Origin: Paraspadella gotoi
Taxonomy: Eukaryota; Animalia; Chaetognatha
Direction of reading: 5' to 3'
Length of the DNA: 64,000 nt
Assembly: GCA_051294375.1 (NCBI GenBank)
Contig: CM119271.1
Location: 13,640,372 to 13,704,371 of the forward strand
Position numbers and translations under genes: made by a program. The notes under the pieces are model-generated. The model worked only from the letters and a program-made list of their open reading frames with translations, had not been told where the DNA came from and searched no databases. The number at the start of each line of letters is the position of its first letter. Position 1 is the stretch's first letter. Shown piece by piece: positions 56,179 to 64,000 of this stretch.

Positions 56179-57414
56179 TTCTCTCTCGTTTGTTCTCTCT
56201 CTCTCTCTCTCTCACACACGCACTGTCGCGTACCAAGTCCAGAATTTTTTGCTTTTAACATTGAACCAAAACAATTTTCTCAATAAAATAAACAAAGATT
56301 TAGACTTGATGTTTTTTTGAATATTTTTAAATATCTGAATACAACTTTTATCTCTATTTAAATTCAAAACTCAGAACCCTTAATGCATCTCACTGATTTC
56401 TAATCCACGATCCTGATTCCAAACCTTCAGCCTTAATATAACTCTTATGTAATCCTTTATACTACATAGCAAATACTAGTTTTTATCACTTTTCTTTTTC
56501 ATTTCTTTACGTACTTCATTTTCTTCTTTTTTTTCTTCATTTCTTTTTCCTCCTTTCTTCTTTCTCCCATCCCTTCCTCTCTTCTCTTTCCTCTCTTTAT
56601 TCTCCTTCCTCCCTTTTCCTTTTCTTTTCTCCCTCTTCTTCTCTTTTCTTTTCTTCTCCTTTCTTTTCTTCTCTTTTCTTTTCTTCTCCTTCCTCCCTTT
56701 TCTTTTTCCTTCCTCCTCTTTTCTCCTTCCTCCCTCTTTTTTTCCTTCCTTCATTTTTTTCTCCTTCCTTTTCTTCTCCTTCCTTTTCTTCTCCTTCCTC
56801 CCTCTCTTCTCCTTCCTCCCTTTTCTTTTCCTTCCTCCCTTTCTTCTTCTCTCAAAAAGGCGACTGATCGCGTCTTTGAAAGAAGGAAAAAAGTCTTTCC
56901 TTTCCTTTCCTCTATTTTTTTCTCTCCACTCATCTTGGCTCTTGAATCTAAGAAGGTTCCTTTTTTTTGACCCGACTCAATAAGAGGTTTTTTAGTCGGT
57001 CAGTCTGTGTCAATTTTATTTATTTATTATTTTTTTTAAAAATCGTTTAAATTAAGCATTTTCGAGGCAAAGCCAAAGAGGTCTAGCTAGTCTAAAAAGA
57101 AATTTTATAAAATGAAATAAAAATAAATAATAAATTAAAGCAAAAATAATTAAATGAATAAATGAATTTAGGTTGAAATTACACGCTTTCGGAAAACAGG
57201 CTCCTCTCTTCTTAGTTCTCTTTTTATCTTTCCCCTTTAATTTTTTCTTATTCTTTTTTTTTCTATCTCTCATCTCTCATTGAATCTTTTTTTTCTTCCT
57301 TTTCTTTCTTTTTTTCTTTTCATTCACGCTTTTTTCAGTACAGATTCTTTTTGCAAACGGTAAACTCGCCAGGCTGCGTCCCACCCATGAGAGGTTTATG
57401 CAGCGTGGAAGAAT

Positions 57415-57482
<68 letters not shown>

Positions 57483-58912
57483 GAGTCCAAAAGATTTATT
57501 ATCCACCGCGAACGTAAAAAAATCGGACGTGTTAAGCGTTCCCTACCCTTTCCTACCCGAGAACTTCCAAAAACTTGGAAGCCCTACCGAGCGTTCTGAA
57601 ACCTGTAAAGCTTCTGATAGTGCACTTACGAAAGAAGTTCAACTAACGCAAAAAACCTTAAGCAAACAAAATTAGCCTAAGCATAATTATTCTGCTTGTT
57701 GTATGTTGAAGACAATGATATTCACTTAGCTATACATATTACATAATGAAGACAGTAATCATCCAATTGAAACAGTTTAAAAAAATATATTGTTTCACGT
57801 TATTAGATTAGTAAGCCGGTTTTACAATGAACGAGTCTTTGGTGGGTTTTGTCTCGTAAGTTCAAAGTAAGTAGCCAAGGTAGTTTTTTTTTAATTACTT
57901 AATAATTTTCATATTGGTGGAACTAATTTCATAATAGTTGAGCATATTTATTTATTTACCAATCCGCGTGTACTTAGTCCTTTTCCTTCACCAAGTTTAC
58001 TCATCTTTCCATCAGTTGGCTTTTTCTCCATCACTCCCTTCTCCCTTCTTATTCCAACCCACCCTCCCTCCTCGCTCCTCTTCCCTCTCCCCTTTCCCTC
58101 CTCTTCCCTCCTCTTCCCCTCACCCCCTTCCCCTCTTCTTCCCCTCCTCCCCTTCCTCTCATTTTAACTGCTTCGCTTCCGAGAGACAAGGATTTTTTTT
58201 CGGGTTGGAAGCCAAATCAGAAATCTCGGAAATATAACAGTTTTTTTTGGGGTTTTTTTTTTTTGGCCTCTTCCGCCAAACATATCAAAAGTGGGAAGTT
58301 CGGGTTATCAATTTTAGATTGTGTCCGTTGGTATTCGATGGTCTTGCTTGAGTTTATAAGAGTAGAACCGTCAGAAGTAAAGGTGAATCGGCATAATTTT
58401 ACTGTCGCCGACCGGGGTTAGGGGGGGGTTTAGGATTAAGGGTGGTATAGGGTTAAGGGTGGTTTTGGGTTAAGGGTGGTTTAGGGGGCGAAAATAAAAT
58501 TCGTTCTCATCCGATGAAGTCGTTAGAATAAAAGCTGATTCGTTTTGAATGCGCGTTTTTGAAATCTGTGTTTGAGGTGATGGTGGCTAAAAGCGTGACA
58601 CTTTTATGTCAGCGTAGCGTAGAATGACACTGATATGTCAGCGTAGCAAAAGTTAAAACTTGTTTGGTGTTTCTCGTTTCCTTTGCCCGGATTTGAAAAC
58701 AAGGGTGGGAAATATCGTAACGTGATCGAATTAAATTACAATACGATTAAGAAAACAAAATTGAAATTAGAATACATTTACTATACAATACAAACAACAC
58801 ATCAAAGCAAAACGGTACAATACTATACTTTAAAAAAACAATAACATTACAATACAAAACTCAATAGTATATAAAGTCACAAACCCCCAAACTATTTTCA
58901 CTTTTTCTCCAG

Positions 58913-59044
58913 CGACGTCACCGGGTCGCATCGAGGAAATCTTCGGCGTCGAAAAAGATTTAGTCCAAAGAAAATCGTCTTTTCGGAAAACTTGCGTCTC
59001 TCCGCTGACCGTCGCGGACGACTCGAGAATTCGGGAGATGAGAG
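58913..59044 (+). CDS. rols: TANC/rols-like exon
   Basis: ctccag| TSPGRIEEIFG..RKSSFR..EMR |gtgaga; resembles TANC TSSTKLEDLSY..RTSIR; phase 1-1. Confidence 0.7.
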
Positions 59045-59954
59045 GTGAGAGAGAGAGAGGGGGGGGAGAGAGAGAGAGAGAGAGACAGAGAGAGAGAGAG
59101 AGATAATTAATCACCGGGGAATTTAATCATTATTCGATGATTACTGATAACTAGTTACCACTCGTTAATCATTTAACATTAATTAATAAAAAATAAAAAA
59201 CCGATCAATGATTTTTGATTGCAATTATCTCAAAGTATTGATCATTAATTACTCTAATCGGTGAAAACTAATCGGTAATCGTCAATCAATCAATGTGTAA
59301 TTCCAAATAGGAATCCTCACTTCCCAGGCGAAGACTTAATTTTTGATTACTAATAACCAAACTATCATAACTAATCGTTACTAACAGAAATCCCGAACAT
59401 CAACCATAAACCATTAATCTTTCCCTACCCACGATCAAAAATTCGCAACAGAAAAAAAAAACGCGGGAGAGAGAAAATATAAGTACATCCGCATACTAAG
59501 CGATACTTTTATCATCCAAGGATGGGCTCAGGGAGACGGGGGGGGGCGGCGGCGGAGAGGGGGGGGCGAAAGAGAAAATAAAATACAGGCTCGAGTCCTT
59601 GACCGATGACCACTTCCCTCCCAGGCAGCCCCCTTTTCCCCACGCCTCCCAAACTGCAATGCATTCAATATTAGGCCCTATTTTCGGAAAGCGGCCCATC
59701 CCCGGACTTAATTTTAACCTTAATTACTAACTATAATTCTTTTTTATATTATTCGATCCTTAACCTGAATTTAATCTTTTACTAAAAACTCTAATCCCTA
59801 ACCCTAATCCCTAACCTATTCTCTAACCTAATCTTTATCCTATCCCTTAATCTAATCTTTAAACCCAAAAAACAAATTTCAAATTCTAAATTTAACCTGA
59901 AATAGGACGTTTTCGAAAAAGAATGCCTCATTATTGAAACTCCACCCCCTCTAG

Positions 59955-60106
59955 GCTGCGCCGCCTCCGCCGCTCGGCCACGCCCATTTCCGCCGCTTCG
60001 GACGCCGGAACTCCGCCTGAAAGCGATGACGTTCGAGATTCCTCGACCGGAACACGAGCCTTCGCTCTTCGTGGGCAGAGGGTGGGTCTTCAAGGAGATG
60101 GTCGAG
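59955..60106 (+). CDS. rols: TANC/rols-like exon (start of the NTPase domain)
   Basis: LRLKAMTFEIP..FVGRGWVFKEM resembles TANC LKPLLFEVP..FVGRDWLF; ctag| and |gtgagt. Confidence 0.85.
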
Positions 60107-60936
60107 GTGAGTTCGTTGTGGGGATGTGGGGAATGTTATGATTTTTTTGTGTGGTTGTGGTAGTTGATTTTTTTGTTTTAGTCGTTTTTATGTTTTTTCT
60201 TTTGTTTTGTGGTTGTTTTTTTTTGGGGGGGGGGCTGTTTGCTGTTGTTTATATAGTTGCAATTGGTCATTGTTTGATTGCCGCTGTTGTGTTCATTGTT
60301 TTGTTTATTTATGTAAACATTTGTTGTAAAAATTTAGCTAAAAATCCATAGTACTTTCACTCTCTCTCCCATAATTTGGTGTAAAATTTCACAATTTATC
60401 AAAAGCTCGAAACAGAGTAAAATAAAATCGTTGTTGCATCAAAAACAAATCTATTTGTTAATCAAAAACACAACGAAACGAAAGGATACTATCGAATAGT
60501 ACTTACACAAAAAATGATAAAAATAACTATTTCTTATAGCGAACATAGATTATGTAGTTAATCTCGATAAAATGTTAATTATTGATTGATCGTAAATTAC
60601 AAACGACGTTTAAAAAAAAGAATGAAGAAAATTATTATCTCTTCTTAGTTAAAACGAAAAGCCTTGGCCAAAGTATTGACAATTTTTTACCTGATCGGAT
60701 TTCCTATATTCCATTTTCGCGCCAAGGATTTCTAAGAAAAGGTTCGCCGCTCGAGGGGGCCGCTTCCGACGCCGCTTCCGACGCCGCCCGCCCGCCCGTT
60801 TGGCGTTCAAGGATGAAGACGTGGAAGGAGAGGAAAAAGCGACCTTGTCGAGCTTAAACGAATGGGGTCTTTCAGACGCCGTCTCCTCGGGGAAGAGAAA
60901 AAGATAATTTGATCGATGGCTTTTAAATTTTCGCTC

Positions 60937-61022
<86 letters not shown>

Positions 61023-61100
61023 CTCTCACCTCTCTCTCTCTCTCTATTTTCTTCTTCTCTCTCTCTCACTCTCTCTCTCTCTCTCTCGCGGGGTCTTTTG

Positions 61101-61144
<44 letters not shown>

Positions 61145-61177
61145 CTCTCTCTCTCTCTTTTCTCGCGGGGTCTTATT

Positions 61178-61251
<74 letters not shown>

Positions 61252-61818
61252 GCCAATTTTCTCACCGAATTTCCCCTTCGTACGTCATTTTTCCAGCCGC
61301 GACATTTTTTTCAACATTCGTCGGTCGCCTCTCTTTTAATATTTCCCCCTTATATTTCCTATTTTCCTCTTCCATTAACGTTTATCATTGTTAATCACTT
61401 CCTCATAATCATCGTCTTTTTCATCTCATCACGGTAACCCCGTGATCACGTCATCTTCCGGTCCCAAGTCTCATTACCCTCATTCACTCTCCATTTTCTT
61501 TTTCTCCCATTTCCTTCATTTTCTCTCCACATTTTTCCAATTTTCTTACATTTCCTCCCAATTTGGTTTTACCTTAATTCCCCAGCCATCTTTCCTTCTC
61601 TCCCTCTCTCTCGCTCTGTGACTAGACCTTACTTTCTCTTTCTCTCTCTCTCTCTCATCTCTCTTTCTTTCTCTTTCTTTTTCATATCTCTCTCTCTCTC
61701 TCTCTCTCTCTGACTCTTTCTTTTTTCCTTTTTCTTTCTCTCTCCTTTCCCCCTCCGTTTCTGGGTCTCGCCGTTCCCCCTTACTCTCTCTCCCTCCCTC
61801 TCTGCCCGTTTCTCTCTC

Positions 61819-61854
<36 letters not shown>

Positions 61855-62662
61855 ACTATTTCTTATTATTTTCCTATACCTCTCTCCTCTTCCTTTACTC
61901 TCTCTCTCTCTCTCCTCTCCCTCTCACTCCCTCTCTCTCTCCCCCTCTCATATTTTCAAATATATTCCCTTCCTCTCCCTCCATGCGTAACGAGAGATCG
62001 AGAGGGCAACGGCCGATCCGCGGAATAAACGACATGAGGAAAGCGAGAATCGCGTCTTCGCTTCGAAAACGAGGCTCGAATTCAAGGATTTTTTTTTCTT
62101 TTTGGCGGCAGAAATTAAATGGGATCTTGAATTTATCGCTCAGACCAGCCACCCTCGCGGGCTCGAAAAGCGGAATGGGGGAAGGCGCGGGGCAGTGGAT
62201 GCAATTTATGAAAGGAACAAATTTGATTTAGAACCGGTTGGTCTTTTTTGATGGAATTACCACCAGTTGAGTCGCCTTCAGTCGCCTGTTGATAACCGTT
62301 GATCACTGTTTATTCCAGTGAAATGAAGTTCCGGGCGTGAGCTCGCAATCTCGTTCGTAGCTTCCGAATTTAATTTTACCTCGAAATTCCCTAAAAGGAT
62401 ATTTTTTCCGCTACGATGATAAAATTTATTTGAGGAAAATTTCAGGCTATACAGTATTTAGCATTGATATTCCCAGCGAGAATTGATTATGGTTACACAA
62501 ATCTCGTGGCAATCTAATGTCAGGGGCAAGATAGATTATTTAACGAACGAATGGATATTGGCTAATTCCTCTGTTAGTTTTCGAAATATGTATGTCGTAG
62601 TTTGCCTTTCAAATTACAATAACCTTGTACTCCCTTTCTCTCCCCCCCCCCTCACTTAACAG

Positions 62663-62813
62663 GAACTGAGCGTCCGCAACTCCCCGTCAGCGCGAGGCGT
62701 TGTTCTCCTCGGCGGAACCGGATTCGGAAAAACCGCCATCTTGGAGAGGATCGTCGAGAGGGCCGAACCCGCTCTCGCGAGGAGGCTCGTCTCGCAACTC
62801 CAGCCGGCGCTGG
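62663..62813 (+). CDS. rols: TANC/rols-like exon with Walker A
   Basis: RGVVLLGGTGFGKTAILERIV; the donor may instead be at 62834 (same phase). Confidence 0.85.
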
Positions 62814-63627
62814 GTGGAATGGGTGGACGAGAAGGTGGGAGGAGAGAGAGGAGATGGGATTGGGAAGGTGGGTTAAAGGTGGTGGAACCTAGATGGTGGT
62901 AAGGAAGTAGAATTTAAGTAAGTTTCGCCGAGAAGGTGGAATCGGTCGCAGCAAAAGGGATAAGTTATGGTTTGGGATTCGATTAGGGATTATGGATCAT
63001 AGGTAGTAGAGCGTTGAAAGATAACAAAATATAAGATATTTAATTCCATTCATTATTTTAATGTAATAAGGTCTGAAGAATTGGATGATGATAACCTTTT
63101 TTTTTTTGTATAGTTTCATCTTCCTTGTCGCAAATGGCGATTTTTGGTGCTATTAAAATGGCGCAATCATTGGAGAGTATGAGAAACTCAAATTAATACA
63201 AATTTTTAAAAAGTCATATTTAACTTACATAATATGAAAATAAAGACCCGTAAAAATATTTCGGTAAGTTTATTTACAAAATTTATATGAAATTAGTATT
63301 TTATTAACAGCTTGTTGGCTATATTTATTAATTATTAGTAGTAAAAAACAGGCTAAAGTGAAAAAATTAAAAATTTTGCAATTGGAAATTTCGAAAGTGG
63401 GTAGTCATTAAAGGATTAGGGATCAGAGTAATGAATTAGAAAATAGAGTTAGGGATACAAATAACGGATTAGGGATTTGGTTAGTGATTTGAATATAGGA
63501 TTAGTTTAAAATTGAGTTCAGGCATCAAGAAATAGAAATCGGACGCTTTCGAAAAAAAGAGCCAATAATTGTTTTCCCCTAAAATCATTCACCAACCCCC
63601 CCCCCCTCTGCCTCAATCCGCCCCCAG

Positions 63628-63929
63628 AGGTGAGAGTCACGACTCACATCCAAATCACATGTTGCGACGAGAGCGACTTGGACGACGTCTCCACCGACAG
63701 CGCCTGCCCGACGCCGTCGACCGACGAGCCTTTCCCGACGCTCGGCGCCGTCGAATCCTTTCGGTCGGAGTTGTCGGTCGTCGGCGGCGTCGTGGACGAT
63801 GCCGCGTCGGCTGCGGCGACGGCTGCGGCGGCGAAGACGCTGTCGCCGGCGACGGAGCCTTTGCGCTTCTTGGCCGACAGGATCGTCGCCTTTCACTTTT
63901 GCCAAGCCGACAACGCCACCACTTGTTTG
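63628..63929 (+). CDS. rols: TANC/rols-like exon; gene continues beyond the window
   Basis: LADRIVAFHFCQADNATTCL|gtgagt matches the TANC signature VVAYHYCQADNAYTCLV. Confidence 0.9.
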
Positions 63930-64000
63930 GTGAGTGAGTTTTCGTGGGGGGGAGAGATGTGAAGTGGGCGTGGCAACGTGGATTCGTTTGAGACTATTTT

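Overview
Eukaryotic, almost certainly animal (invertebrate) draft-assembly DNA: AT-rich, with spliceosomal GT-AG introns, abundant (GA)n/(GAC)n microsatellites and N-gaps. Most ORF-track entries are microsatellite noise; the real genes are spliced. Roughly 1-25 kb is repeats plus three large fold-back (inverted) duplications with indel-noisy arms next to 25-N gaps, probably long-read gap-filling artefacts. From about 32 kb to the end runs a + strand TANC/rolling-pebbles-like P-loop NTPase gene. Its ~24.9 kb intron (34041-58912) hosts three nested genes reconstructed by hand: (i) a 3-exon secreted cystine-knot (C-C-CC-C-C) prepropeptide whose pro-region may release an RFamide; (ii) a small single-VWA/MIDAS type-I membrane protein with an integrin-beta-like NPxY...NP tail; (iii) a STELLO/DUF288 glycosyltransferase fused to a second GT-like domain. 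Also present: a Penelope-like GIY-YIG retroelement remnant, two minimal hammerhead ribozymes, tRNA-derived SINE-like elements, TTAA-flanked non-autonomous DNA elements, a MITE family with degenerate TTAGGG interiors and an isolated tRNA-Leu 3' half. Homology calls rest on remembered motifs; no searches were run.
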